Source: Elusimicrobiota bacterium (lineage in GTDB: Bacteria; Elusimicrobiota; Elusimicrobia; UBA1565). Taken from it: DNA of 31,871 bases. The stretch's first letter is position 1; the number at the start of each line of letters is the position of its first letter. Location: positions 1 to 31,871 of the forward strand of contig JBDRPD010000020.1 of the NCBI GenBank assembly GCA_043827405.1, read 5' to 3'. This document shows, piece after piece, positions 8,024-16,767 of the stretch. A program made the translations under genes and the position numbers. Below the pieces are notes generated by a model. It searched no databases. It was not told where the DNA came from and saw nothing but the letters and a program-made list of their open reading frames with translations.

Positions 8024-8909
8024 CCGTCAGCGCGGCCGACGGCTGATGGATGCGCAGCCGGCCGTCGGCGGACTTGACCAGGGCGATGCGCGTGTCGCCC
8101 AGCCCCACCACCAGCGGCTTGTCCGCCGTGAGCTGCCCTTCCGCTACCGGCCAGGCCTTGGACTTTAAGCCGTTCTCGTGCACGAACAGCAGGGAGCGGG
8201 TGGCCGCGGGCTGGTCGGCGGCGGGATCGATGTCGGTGCCGTAAAGCAGCCAGAATTCTTGGCCGCCGGCCCGGAAGACGAAGGACTCCCGCTTGATGGC
8301 GTCGAAGATGCTGCCGGTTTTGATGCTGTGGCTTGGCCCCCGGGTGCCGCCGACCGGAGTGACCTTCAGCGTGCTGCCGCGGGTGGGGTTGAAGATATTT
8401 ACGGAAACTTTGAAATTATAGACGGTCTTTTCGTCCAGCCTTACGTCGATCCCCTTGCCGCGCAGCTCGTTGGCGTTTTGGACGCGGTGCAGGATGAGGG
8501 TGTCTTCATTAAGGAACTTCATGTACTGGATGTCGAACTTGGGGTCGGCGGCCAGGCTGATATCGTAGGTCTTGGCGCCGAGCTGCAGGGTGAACAGATC
8601 GGAGTGGCTGTCGAGGCGCTCGGCCAGCTTGAACTCGCCGATCAGCGGGCCGACCTTGAGCATCGGCCCCAGCGGCACCAGCAGCGGCCGGCGCAGGATG
8701 GGCTCGGCCGGTGCGGCTTCCTCGCCTTCCCGCGGCTCTTGGGCGGGCGGAGGATCGATAGCGGGCTGAGCGATGACCGCGGAGATGCCGGCGAAGCTTT
8801 CCGCGAGGCCCGCCGACGCGCCGGAGCTGAGCTCTTCCAGCGACCGGGCGGCGTTTGCGGACGGACAGATCAGGGCAAAAACGGCGAACAGGACCAACGC
8901 CTTGCGCAT
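8010..8909 (-). CDS. Secreted hypothetical protein, beta-rich
   Basis: Signal peptide MRKALVLFAVFALICPSANA; last gene of a tightly spaced unit. Confidence 0.8.
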   Translation of the reverse strand: MRKALVLFAVFALICPSANAARSLEELSSGASAGLAESFAGISAVIAQPAIDPPPAQEPREGEEAAPAEPILRRPLLVPLGPMLKVGPLIGEFKLAERLDSHSDLFTLQLGAKTYDISLAADPKFDIQYMKFLNEDTLILHRVQNANELRGKGIDVRLDEKTVYNFKVSVNIFNPTRGSTLKVTPVGGTRGPSHSIKTGSIFDAIKRESFVFRAGGQEFWLLYGTDIDPAADQPAATRSLLFVHENGLKSKAWPVAEGQLTADKPLVVGLGDTRIALVKSADGRLRIHQPSAALTVSRR

Positions 8910-8913
8910 GCGA

Positions 8914-9414
8914 TTACCTCGCTTGCTTGGGGTTTCTCTCCTGATGTTCGCGGATCATCTTCCAGACGTCGGCGATGTCCCGCTCGAGCCTCTTGATGCG
9001 AAAACCGGCCAGAGTTTGAATGCGAATCTTGGCTGCGACCAGCTCAAGCAGCTTGAGCTTAGAGCTTTCGGTCAGATTGGGGTAGCGGCGGTGCTCGGGG
9101 TCCTGGGCTATTTCCTTGAGCTCATCGACGCCGCCGACGAAGCGGTCGAGCTTCTTGTACTGCTGGTAGAGATCGCCGAGCAGCAGCTCGACCTCGTCAA
9201 TCTTGAGCTCCTCTTCGCGCTTGAGGTCCTGCAGCGCGAACAGCCGGTTGTAGAGCGCGGCGAGCGCCATGTCGCGGCTGTCCTGGCCCACGGTATGCGC
9301 CCGGGTCGTCAGTTTCTGCGCGAGCCTGGCGCTGCCCGCGAACTGCGCCGACTGCGCGGTCGCGGCGAGAAATACGAGGACGATCAGCGCGGCGCCGAGT
9401 TTCCGTACGGTCAT
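8914..9414 (-). CDS. Secreted hypothetical helical protein
   Basis: Signal peptide. Start overlaps the peptidase stop (ATGA). Confidence 0.8.
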   Translation of the reverse strand: MTVRKLGAALIVLVFLAATAQSAQFAGSARLAQKLTTRAHTVGQDSRDMALAALYNRLFALQDLKREEELKIDEVELLLGDLYQQYKKLDRFVGGVDELKEIAQDPEHRRYPNLTESSKLKLLELVAAKIRIQTLAGFRIKRLERDIADVWKMIREHQERNPKQAR

Positions 9415-10712
9415 TGGGATTCACCTGCTCTATAGGGGTTGTCCGCCAGGTCGATCATGTAGAGGGCGGGGTCGATATTTTTCTTGAAGGTCGTGCCGAT
9501 GGCGCCGGCGCCGGGGTAGAAGCCGCCTTCCCAGCTGGATTTCGGCGTCAGCTCGAAGGTGAAGCAGAACATATTGAGCTTGGCCCAGGTCCAGTCGCAG
9601 GTGTCGCCGGTGGCGACATAAAGATCCGACGACTGCATCGGCCGGTAGCCCGTCCATTCGGCCATCTTGCCGGCCATGGCGCGAAAGGCCGCCAGGGCGC
9701 GGCCGTCCTCGATCGGTCCGTCGACGCCGCCCCAGGGGTAAAGGATGAGCTCGCTGAAGGTGTGGTAGCTCACCACGATGCTGATATTTCTATGCGCCAG
9801 CAGGAAGTCCCGGACCGCCTGGGTCTCGGGCTCGGAAAAGGGCGCCGTGCCGTAATAGGTGTCGGCGCCCGGATTGCCGGAAGCGCCGGCGCCGCCCCAG
9901 CGGAAGTCGAAGTTGCGGTTGAGGTCCACGCCGACGGTGCCGTTGTCGTTGCGCCGCATATTCTTGCGTTGCCAGCGGTAGCGGCTGGTGGCGATATCGT
10001 ATTCGACGCCGTCGGGGTTGACCATGGGTACGAAGTAGATGTCGCGGCTGTCGAGCAGGCCGGCGACATCGGCGCGGCCGCGGTTGTCGGCGAGCCACTG
10101 CGCGAGCAGCAGCGGCACCTCGGTGGAGAGATGTTCGCGGGCATGATGGGCGCCGAAAAACACGATGCCGGGCTTCTCGCCGGCGCCCTTCTTGTGGAAG
10201 CGGACGGCGGTGATGGCGCGGCCCTGCACGCTTTTGCCGATCGAGAAGACCGATACCAGATCGGGATGCGTGCCGGCGAGCTCGGTGAGCTTGGACTGCA
10301 TCTCGCCGTAGTTGTTGTAGGCGCCGTCCTGGTCGGGGAAATCCTCGGGCCGGATGCGCCGTAAAGACACCTTCTTCACCTCGACGAACCCTTCGCGGGC
10401 CAGCTGCTGCAGGATCGCCGGGCCGGCCACGCCGCTCACCGTGCCGTCGCCGATCTCTTCGATCGACATGCCGACGGTGGCGATGCGCGTGCGCGCGGCG
10501 GCGTCGGCGGCCTTGAAGGTCGCCCAGTAGCGGTCGTCGAGCTCCTCCGCCGCGCTCAGCGCGGGCGGTGCGGCGGCATGCTCGGCGACCAGCTCCTTGA
10601 CGCTTTTAGGCTTGGCCTTCTCGGCGCCGTCGAAGAGCTTGTCGGCGGTGCCGCCGGGCTTCGCCTGCAGGAGCAGGGCGCAGACGGCGGTGAAAAAGAG
10701 GAGCTTTCGCAT
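9411..10712 (-). CDS. Secreted M14 zinc carboxypeptidase (carboxypeptidase T-like)
   Basis: HHARE, VNPDG, RKN, GVDLNRNF, FSEPET, YHTFSE and TFEL motifs; signal peptide and pro-region. Confidence 0.93.
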   Translation of the reverse strand: MRKLLFFTAVCALLLQAKPGGTADKLFDGAEKAKPKSVKELVAEHAAAPPALSAAEELDDRYWATFKAADAAARTRIATVGMSIEEIGDGTVSGVAGPAILQQLAREGFVEVKKVSLRRIRPEDFPDQDGAYNNYGEMQSKLTELAGTHPDLVSVFSIGKSVQGRAITAVRFHKKGAGEKPGIVFFGAHHAREHLSTEVPLLLAQWLADNRGRADVAGLLDSRDIYFVPMVNPDGVEYDIATSRYRWQRKNMRRNDNGTVGVDLNRNFDFRWGGAGASGNPGADTYYGTAPFSEPETQAVRDFLLAHRNISIVVSYHTFSELILYPWGGVDGPIEDGRALAAFRAMAGKMAEWTGYRPMQSSDLYVATGDTCDWTWAKLNMFCFTFELTPKSSWEGGFYPGAGAIGTTFKKNIDPALYMIDLADNPYRAGESQ

Positions 10713-10720
10713 AGGATCTC

Positions 10721-11329
10721 TCAGCGGACGTTGTTTAGAAGTTGACGGGCGTTGCGTTCCATATCGCGCACTGCGCGTTCGATATCGCCGCAGTGCCGTT
10801 CGATATCCCAGGCCTCCATGGAGCGGCCGGCGCGGCGAATGTCGGAGCCCGCCCAGCGCGCTTCGCTGTCGAGCCAGCGAACCTCGGACATTAGGGAGCG
10901 GACCTCGCGGTCCAAAGACTGTGCCGGGGCGACCAGGGCGGGGTCCTTCTTGGCCTCGCGTACGATGCGCGAGAGGGTGCGCTCGTCACGTTCGATGTCG
11001 CGGTCGAAATCACGCAGGTCCCAGACCAAGCGGCTTAGGTCTCTCTGGAAGCTGTAGTCGTCGCGCTCTTGGCGCTGGGCCTCGCGGCGGAGATCGGCCA
11101 GGCGGGTTTTTAGGCGCCGGACGTCCCAGTCCTTGCGCTGCAGATCGCGGCTGAGGCGCTGGATATCGTTGGCGAGCTGGGAATTTTTTACGGCAACCTG
11201 GTTCGCCTGAGTTGCGAGGACTTTGGCGCGGATGCCGCTTAGCGCGGCTTCGAAGGAAACGGGTGCGGCGGCGAAAGAAGCGGTGGAAAAAATCAAGCAA
11301 AATACGGCGGTTAACGCGGTAATACGCAT
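10721..11329 (-). CDS. Secreted Arg/Asp/Trp-rich coiled-coil protein
   Basis: Signal peptide, SD GGAGG, heptad-like helical repeats. Confidence 0.8.
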   Translation of the reverse strand: MRITALTAVFCLIFSTASFAAAPVSFEAALSGIRAKVLATQANQVAVKNSQLANDIQRLSRDLQRKDWDVRRLKTRLADLRREAQRQERDDYSFQRDLSRLVWDLRDFDRDIERDERTLSRIVREAKKDPALVAPAQSLDREVRSLMSEVRWLDSEARWAGSDIRRAGRSMEAWDIERHCGDIERAVRDMERNARQLLNNVR

Positions 11330-11405
11330 GCGACCTCCCCGGTACGGCTTCCCCTGTTATTTACCCTGAAGTCCTAAAGATCGCAGGTGTCGTATGGACT
11401 AGTGC

Positions 11406-11434
11406 AGTATAGGACTTTCGGCCCACCGGGTCAA
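11406..11434 (-). promoter_or_regulatory. Sigma70-type promoter of the secreted-protein operon
   Basis: TTGACC-N17-TATACT on the minus strand. Confidence 0.7.
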
Positions 11435-11449
11435 AGAGAAAAAACGGGA

Positions 11450-11779
11450 CTATTTGGCCGCGGGCGGCAGGAAGCCTATGGCTTGGGTGACGGGCTGGAC
11501 ATAGGCGAAGCCTTCGCCCGGCAGGGATAGGTTCGCGGCCTCGGAAATGGCGGCGAGCACTGTTTCGGTTTTGTCCTTGGCGGTGCAGACCCAGAGGACC
11601 TGCTTTTCTGATTCGATCAAGGTTCCGGCATAGCCGAGGTTCTCTTTGACGCCCGTGCCGCGGGCCCAGAAATAGGTGATGCCGGGCGCGCCCGCATCCA
11701 GGGCGGCCTGCAGGGTCGCGTCGGCGCGGCTGCGCCGGACCACGGCGGTAATAAGGTCCATCATGGTTTCATCTGCCAT
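11450..11779 (-). CDS. PII-like signalling protein
   Basis: 109 aa; ITAVV, AGAPGIT, ARGTG and PGEGFAYVQPV (B-loop) pattern; SD GGAGG. Confidence 0.85.
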   Translation of the reverse strand: MADETMMDLITAVVRRSRADATLQAALDAGAPGITYFWARGTGVKENLGYAGTLIESEKQVLWVCTAKDKTETVLAAISEAANLSLPGEGFAYVQPVTQAIGFLPPAAK

Positions 11780-11807
11780 AGTTCCTCCAGAAAAGCGTCG
11801 TGTTGAT

Positions 11808-11846
11808 TAAAACAAAGCCCCCCTGCCTTGTGCAAGGCAGGGGGGG
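11808..11846 (-). terminator. Intrinsic terminator after the vWA gene
   Basis: CCCCCCTGCCTTG-TG-CAAGGCAGGGGGG stem, followed on the minus strand by CTTTGTTTT. Confidence 0.7.
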
Positions 11847-11866
11847 GAGGGCAGACAAGGAGTAAA

Positions 11867-12979
11867 TCAGTAGCGGATGCCTTTAAGCGTCGCCTGTGCT
11901 TTGAGCGATTCCATGAGCTTGGCGTCGAAGGAGTCCTTGCTTTCCGCGCCCTTTTCCTTTATGTAGCGAGCGCGCTGGACCGAGAGCTCCTTGATCCGGC
12001 CGCGCAGCTTGGCGCGCTCGCCGTTGATCTTCGCTATTTCGGCGCGGCGCTCCTTGGGTGTGAGCTTTTTGAGCTCATCGGGCAGGGCGTCCTGCTTAAG
12101 CGCTTCGAGGTCGACCGCGCCTTCCTCGACCGCGGCGGCCAGATCCATCTCCGCCGCGAAGCCGCGGGCGGCCTTAAACGACGCGCGGTCGGCGGCCGCC
12201 GCGGCGGGGGCGAGGCTCGCCACCTTGCGCGCCAGGCCGCGGCTCGCCTCGGCCTCGTGCTTGCGCCGGCCGTAGCCGAGCATGGTCCCATCGAGCCGCG
12301 AGCTCAGGCGGGTGAGCTCGCCGTCGAAGGGCGTGGCGACCGCGACGACGCCGCCGTTGTGCGCGATGGCGAGAAACTTTCCCTCGCCGAGGCGTGCGAT
12401 GCGCTGCCACTGCTCGGCGGTTTGGCGGTCGCTGCCGCACTGCACGGTATTGAGGATCAGCCCTTTGCGCACCGCGCGCTGGGTGAGGTCCTGCAGCTGG
12501 GGGCTGTCCTGGTAGTCGAGGTGCGCGGGAGCGTCGCCCACCACGTAGACGACCTTGAAAGTCTTCTTGTCGGCGGACCAGGAGATGCGCTCGACGGCGT
12601 CTTCAATTCCCTTAAGCACGTGCTCCGGGCCGTCGCCGCCGCCGTCCGCCTTGAGGCCCAGCAGTTCCTCGTACATCTTGTCGAGATTGGTGGTGAGGTC
12701 AAACACCTTGGTGACGTACTTGTCGCCCTTGTCGCGGTAGGCGATCAGGCCCATTCGAATCTTGGGGGCGGGCTTGCCCTTGGCGATTTCGTTGGCGATG
12801 CTCCAGACCTTCTGCTTGGCGCTTTCGAGCAGGCCGCCCATGCTGCCGGTGGTATCGAGTACGAAGACCACTTCGACCGAACTGCGCCGCGGCTGCTTCG
12901 ATTTGCTCGCGCCCGCGGTCCCCGCCAGCAGCAGCAGGCCCAGCGTTCCCGTCATCACCGTCTTGATCGTGCTCTTCAT
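11867..12979 (-). CDS. Secreted vWA-domain protein
   Basis: Signal peptide; MIDAS-like VLDTTGSM; AYRD, GGGDGPE, VGDAPAH; SD GGGGAG before the ATG at 12979. Confidence 0.9.
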   Translation of the reverse strand: MKSTIKTVMTGTLGLLLLAGTAGASKSKQPRRSSVEVVFVLDTTGSMGGLLESAKQKVWSIANEIAKGKPAPKIRMGLIAYRDKGDKYVTKVFDLTTNLDKMYEELLGLKADGGGDGPEHVLKGIEDAVERISWSADKKTFKVVYVVGDAPAHLDYQDSPQLQDLTQRAVRKGLILNTVQCGSDRQTAEQWQRIARLGEGKFLAIAHNGGVVAVATPFDGELTRLSSRLDGTMLGYGRRKHEAEASRGLARKVASLAPAAAAADRASFKAARGFAAEMDLAAAVEEGAVDLEALKQDALPDELKKLTPKERRAEIAKINGERAKLRGRIKELSVQRARYIKEKGAESKDSFDAKLMESLKAQATLKGIRY

Positions 12980-13014
12980 CGCTCCCCCTTTCGTCCCGGT
13001 GCGGCGCATGGGAG

Positions 13015-13042
13015 TTGGACACCGCCGGTTGGGGAAAGTTCC
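13015..13042 (-). promoter_or_regulatory. ECF sigma-type promoter of the vWA gene
   Basis: GGAACTTT-N12-GTGTCCAA. Confidence 0.75.
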
Positions 13043-13045
13043 CGG

Positions 13046-13083
13046 AAAAGGAGGAGCGCCTCCGTGGGACGCGGAGGCGCTCC
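13046..13083 (-). terminator. Intrinsic terminator after the VIT-vWA gene
   Basis: GGAGCGCCTCCG...CGGAGGCGCTCC 12-bp stem (13053-13083), followed by TCCTTTT on the minus strand. Confidence 0.75.
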
Positions 13084-13105
13084 GAGCTTCAGCCGCGGGA
13101 GCGGC

Positions 13106-15493
13106 TTATTCGGTCACGTGATAGACGGTGCCGCCGAGCACCACGGTGACCTTGGTTCCGAGCGCCAGATAGCGGGCCAGGCCGGGGACGGACTCAATAA
13201 GGCGGAAGTACTCCTCGCTCATATAGCCGGCCTTCTTGGTCGGCGCCGCGGCGTGGCGGACGGCGTCGTACTCGCCGTCGGTCCAAGTGCCGCCGCGCAG
13301 GTAGAAGGTCTTGCCGCCGAGCCGCTTGGTCTTGAGCATCGAGCGGCCCTCATTCTTGAGCTCCAGGCGGGCGTCCTTTTCGGCCGCATCCATCATGCCG
13401 CGCGCCGCCGCCGGAGCGGACGCCGCCTTCTTCGCCCGCCCGCCGCCGCCGCTGAAGGCGCCCATCGCGCCGGAGAGGAAGCTCGAGGCCTCCTGTGCGC
13501 GCATCGCCGTTTCAATGCCGCCGCTCACGCCGCTGGCCGAAGCGTCGGCCCGCATCATGCTGATGCGGCGCACGGCTTCGCGGCGCGCCCGCGGCATATC
13601 GAAGCCCTCCTCGGTGATCAGGTAGGAGGTATAGGGCGTGACGATGCCGTAGCGCTTGGCCAGGCGGACGATGCTCTCGACGACCTCGGGGTTGGCGGCG
13701 CCGGCGCCGCCGGCGAGGCGCAGCGCGTCGAGCTCGTGGGTGACCTTGAGGTTGGCCCACAGCCGGGGCAGGAAGTCGTTTTTGTCGGCGGTATCGGGGA
13801 GGCTCACCGGGTACTCGAAGCGCGCATCCTTGTCGGCGGCCTTGCCGGTGATGACCAGCTTTCCCTTGCCATGTCCTTTGTAGCGGCCCATGAGCACCAG
13901 CTCCGAGCCGTAGAAGAGGTCGGTTATGGGCCGCGGATAGACCTGGACCGCTTCGACGCCTTCCCAGTCGACGCGGACGTCGGTGAGCGCCGGGCGGTCG
14001 ACTTTCTCATACAGCGTCGATACCTTAGCCTCGATGGTTTCGCCGGGCCGGACATAGTCGCGGTCGCCGCGGTTCATCTCCGCGAGCTTGTCGAGAAACA
14101 GGGTGTTGACGTCGCCGCCGACGCCGAAGGTGAAGAGCCGCGAGCGCAGGCCCTGGTTCTTCTCGGCGGCTTGGCGCAGCAGGGTCTCCATATGGGTCTG
14201 TCCGACCGTGGGCAGGCCGTCGGTCATAAAGAATACCAGCGGCATGCGGCCCGGCGTCTTGGCCAGCACCTTTAGGCCCTCCGCCAGCGCGGCCTCGATA
14301 TTGGTGCCGCCGGCCGCCTCGATGCGGCGGATATAGCGCTGGGCCCGCGCCTTGTTATCGGCGCTCGCCCCGACCAGGCGGGTTTCGAAGCTGTTGGCGT
14401 CGGTGGCGAAGTCCACGATGGCGAAGCGGTCGTCGGGACGCAGCTTGCCGACGCAGTACTTGAGCGCCGCCTTGGCCTGCTCCATCTTGCCGTCCTCATC
14501 CATGCTGCCCGAGCGGTCGACGATGAAGACGATGTCTTTGGGAACGGTCCGCTGATCGGATTCCCGCTGGGGGGAAAGCGACAGCATGAAGAAGCCGTCT
14601 TCGCCGTCCTCTTTAAAGGTGAGGACGCTGGCCGCCAGCGGATCGCTCTGCACGGAGTAAAACAGCGACAGGTCGCGCTCGCCGGCGTCCTTGCCGTCGT
14701 AGGAGATTACCGCCTTGTTGGCTCCGTCGCGGACCACCTTAACATCCGGCAGGGGCGAGTACAGGGTCCGGATGGGCTTGGCCGATACCAGCTCAAGGCG
14801 TACCGATGAGCCGCCGACCGCGGTGCTGCCGCTCATTTTGGCCGCGCGCAGAGGGATGTTGAGCGCGTAGAGCCCGCCGCTCTGGCGCAGGATTTGGCTG
14901 ACCTTCATGCGCACCATGATGTCGGAGTTGGGCTCAATGGGAAATACCTTGGCCCGGACCATGCGCTCGCCCATCAGCTCCAGCAGGCCGGGATCGCGCA
15001 TCGAGCGCACGATATTCTGGTAGATGGTGCTCGCCTCGGTCGCCTCCAGCAGCTCGCCCTTCATCTGCTTGCCGCCGACGGTCATGGTGAAGCCGCTGAG
15101 AACGGTGTCGGCCGGGATCGGCATGACCAGCACTCCTTCCAGCCGCCGGGAGGTCGGGTTGTGAAAGGTGATGTCGTAGGTGAGCTCGGCGACCTTGTCG
15201 GTGATTTTGCCGGCGACCTTGTAGCCCGACAGGCTTAGGGGCATGGTGTCCGGAGGACGGACGACCGGCGGCTCGGGCCGCGGCAGCGGCGGCAGTGGGC
15301 GCGGCGGGATCGGCCGCGGGGGAATCGGCTGCGGCGGCATGGGCCGGGGCGGCAGCGGCCGAATGGGCATGCCGGGCAGCAGCATGCGAAAGGCGTTCTG
15401 GGCGCCCAGCGGCCAGGCGATAAGCTCCTGGGCGCGGGCTTTTCCGGCGAATAGCGACAGCGAGAGGGCGGCGGCGATGGCGGTGTTCTTCAT
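13106..15493 (-). CDS. Secreted VIT + vWA domain protein (inter-alpha-trypsin inhibitor heavy-chain-like)
   Basis: Signal peptide, Pro-rich segment, VIT domain (FHNPTSRRLEG...YQNIVRSMRDPGLLE), MIDAS IVDRSGSM, GGTNI, TDGLPT, RLWA, YGIVTPYTSYL; SD GGAGG. Confidence 0.92.
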   Translation of the reverse strand: MKNTAIAAALSLSLFAGKARAQELIAWPLGAQNAFRMLLPGMPIRPLPPRPMPPQPIPPRPIPPRPLPPLPRPEPPVVRPPDTMPLSLSGYKVAGKITDKVAELTYDITFHNPTSRRLEGVLVMPIPADTVLSGFTMTVGGKQMKGELLEATEASTIYQNIVRSMRDPGLLELMGERMVRAKVFPIEPNSDIMVRMKVSQILRQSGGLYALNIPLRAAKMSGSTAVGGSSVRLELVSAKPIRTLYSPLPDVKVVRDGANKAVISYDGKDAGERDLSLFYSVQSDPLAASVLTFKEDGEDGFFMLSLSPQRESDQRTVPKDIVFIVDRSGSMDEDGKMEQAKAALKYCVGKLRPDDRFAIVDFATDANSFETRLVGASADNKARAQRYIRRIEAAGGTNIEAALAEGLKVLAKTPGRMPLVFFMTDGLPTVGQTHMETLLRQAAEKNQGLRSRLFTFGVGGDVNTLFLDKLAEMNRGDRDYVRPGETIEAKVSTLYEKVDRPALTDVRVDWEGVEAVQVYPRPITDLFYGSELVLMGRYKGHGKGKLVITGKAADKDARFEYPVSLPDTADKNDFLPRLWANLKVTHELDALRLAGGAGAANPEVVESIVRLAKRYGIVTPYTSYLITEEGFDMPRARREAVRRISMMRADASASGVSGGIETAMRAQEASSFLSGAMGAFSGGGGRAKKAASAPAAARGMMDAAEKDARLELKNEGRSMLKTKRLGGKTFYLRGGTWTDGEYDAVRHAAAPTKKAGYMSEEYFRLIESVPGLARYLALGTKVTVVLGGTVYHVTE

Positions 15494-15516
15494 ATGGCCT
15501 CCAGACGTCATGGCCA

Positions 15517-15544
15517 TAAGACACCGGAGAGCGGAAAAAGTTGC
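15517..15544 (-). promoter_or_regulatory. ECF sigma-type promoter of the VIT-vWA gene
   Basis: GCAACTTT-N12-GTGTCTTA, same spacing as the 13015..13042 site. Confidence 0.75.
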
Positions 15545-15558
15545 AGCGCGGGGCCGGT

Positions 15559-16758
15559 CTAGTCGCCGACCTGGGGCGCGATGTAGTCCTTGCCGGCTTC
15601 CACGAACTCGGTGTAGGGGCCCATCCAGTCCGTGAAAAATACTTTACGGAGCCTGGAAGTTAGATTTTTGTCCTTGATAATCAAGCCGAAATTCCTGGAA
15701 TTATAGAAGTAGTCCTTGCTCCAGTTGCCGGTGCCGAGCCAGAAGGCGCCGCTGTCGATCACCAGGAGCTTGGCATGCTGGACCCGGCCGAACGGCACGA
15801 AGCCCTCGCTCCATGGGGGGATGGTGCTCAGCTTGATTTCGATATTGGGCAGGACGGCAAGGCTTTTGAGATGATCGATCTGGGGCGCGCTCTTGGACCA
15901 GTCGGCGACGATGAGCTTGACCCGCACGCCGCGCACGGCGGCGCGCCGCAGGGCGTTGTCGAGCCGGCCGTAGAATTCGCCGCCCCGGGTGACCGGGCTG
16001 TAGCTCAGCACCTGCAGGAGAATGTCTTTCTTGGCGCTATCGAGCATCCCGATGAGCCGGTCTTCCTCGAACAGGGCGGAATCCGCATGCCAGCCCTGGG
16101 GGCTGAAGACGGGGGTTACCTCGGCCTCCGCGATCTTGAGCGGCACCGCGTAGCTTTTCTGCTCGATAAGCATTTTTCCCGCCGCGGCGTCCTTGGCCTC
16201 GGCCAGCCGCCAGTCCAGCGCGAACAGGTCGGCGGCGATCGCGGCCAGCTTCTGGTCGGCGATCCGCAGGCCCAGCTCGCGGATATGCTTAAGCGATCGC
16301 CAGTCGAAGTTGGCGCTGCCGAGGAACAGCTGCCGGCCGTCGACGATAAAGTACTTGGCGTGCATCACGCCGCCGCCGAAGAGCCCCATGTCGATGATGC
16401 GGACCTCGATGTTCTTTTCCTTATTAAGCGCGCCCAGGGGCTCGGGGTAGATGCCCTGAAATTTCTTGTCGGAGATGATGCGGACCTTTACGCCGCGGGC
16501 GGCGGCGTCGCGAATCGCCTGAAGAACGGGCTCCAGGGGTTCGCCCTTCTCGCTGGTGACATAGAAGGTCGCGATGTCCAAAGTCTTCCGGGCCCCGCCG
16601 ATCATTTCGAGCCAAACCTCGCCGGTATCGCGCAGGTCCTTGCTGTCGAGGATGGTCTCGACCGGCCAGCTCTCAACGATCTCTATCTCGCCGGCCCGCG
16701 CGGTCGCGCCGGCCAGGCACAATGCCGCGGCCGGCAGGATGAAAAAAGTCTTGTTCAT
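15559..16758 (-). CDS. Secreted phospholipase D superfamily protein with two HKD motifs (PLD3/K4L-like)
   Basis: HAKYFIVD...GSANFDWRSL and HAKLLVID...GTGNWSKDYF; N-terminal IVESWP; signal peptide. Confidence 0.92.
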   Translation of the reverse strand: MNKTFFILPAAALCLAGATARAGEIEIVESWPVETILDSKDLRDTGEVWLEMIGGARKTLDIATFYVTSEKGEPLEPVLQAIRDAAARGVKVRIISDKKFQGIYPEPLGALNKEKNIEVRIIDMGLFGGGVMHAKYFIVDGRQLFLGSANFDWRSLKHIRELGLRIADQKLAAIAADLFALDWRLAEAKDAAAGKMLIEQKSYAVPLKIAEAEVTPVFSPQGWHADSALFEEDRLIGMLDSAKKDILLQVLSYSPVTRGGEFYGRLDNALRRAAVRGVRVKLIVADWSKSAPQIDHLKSLAVLPNIEIKLSTIPPWSEGFVPFGRVQHAKLLVIDSGAFWLGTGNWSKDYFYNSRNFGLIIKDKNLTSRLRKVFFTDWMGPYTEFVEAGKDYIAPQVGD

Positions 16759-16767
16759 GATCTCTCC

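Noticed and set aside
11828..14275. 815-aa + strand ORF
   Set aside because: Antisense shadow of the vWA and VIT-vWA genes; it crosses a terminator and promoter, as expected in high-GC DNA.
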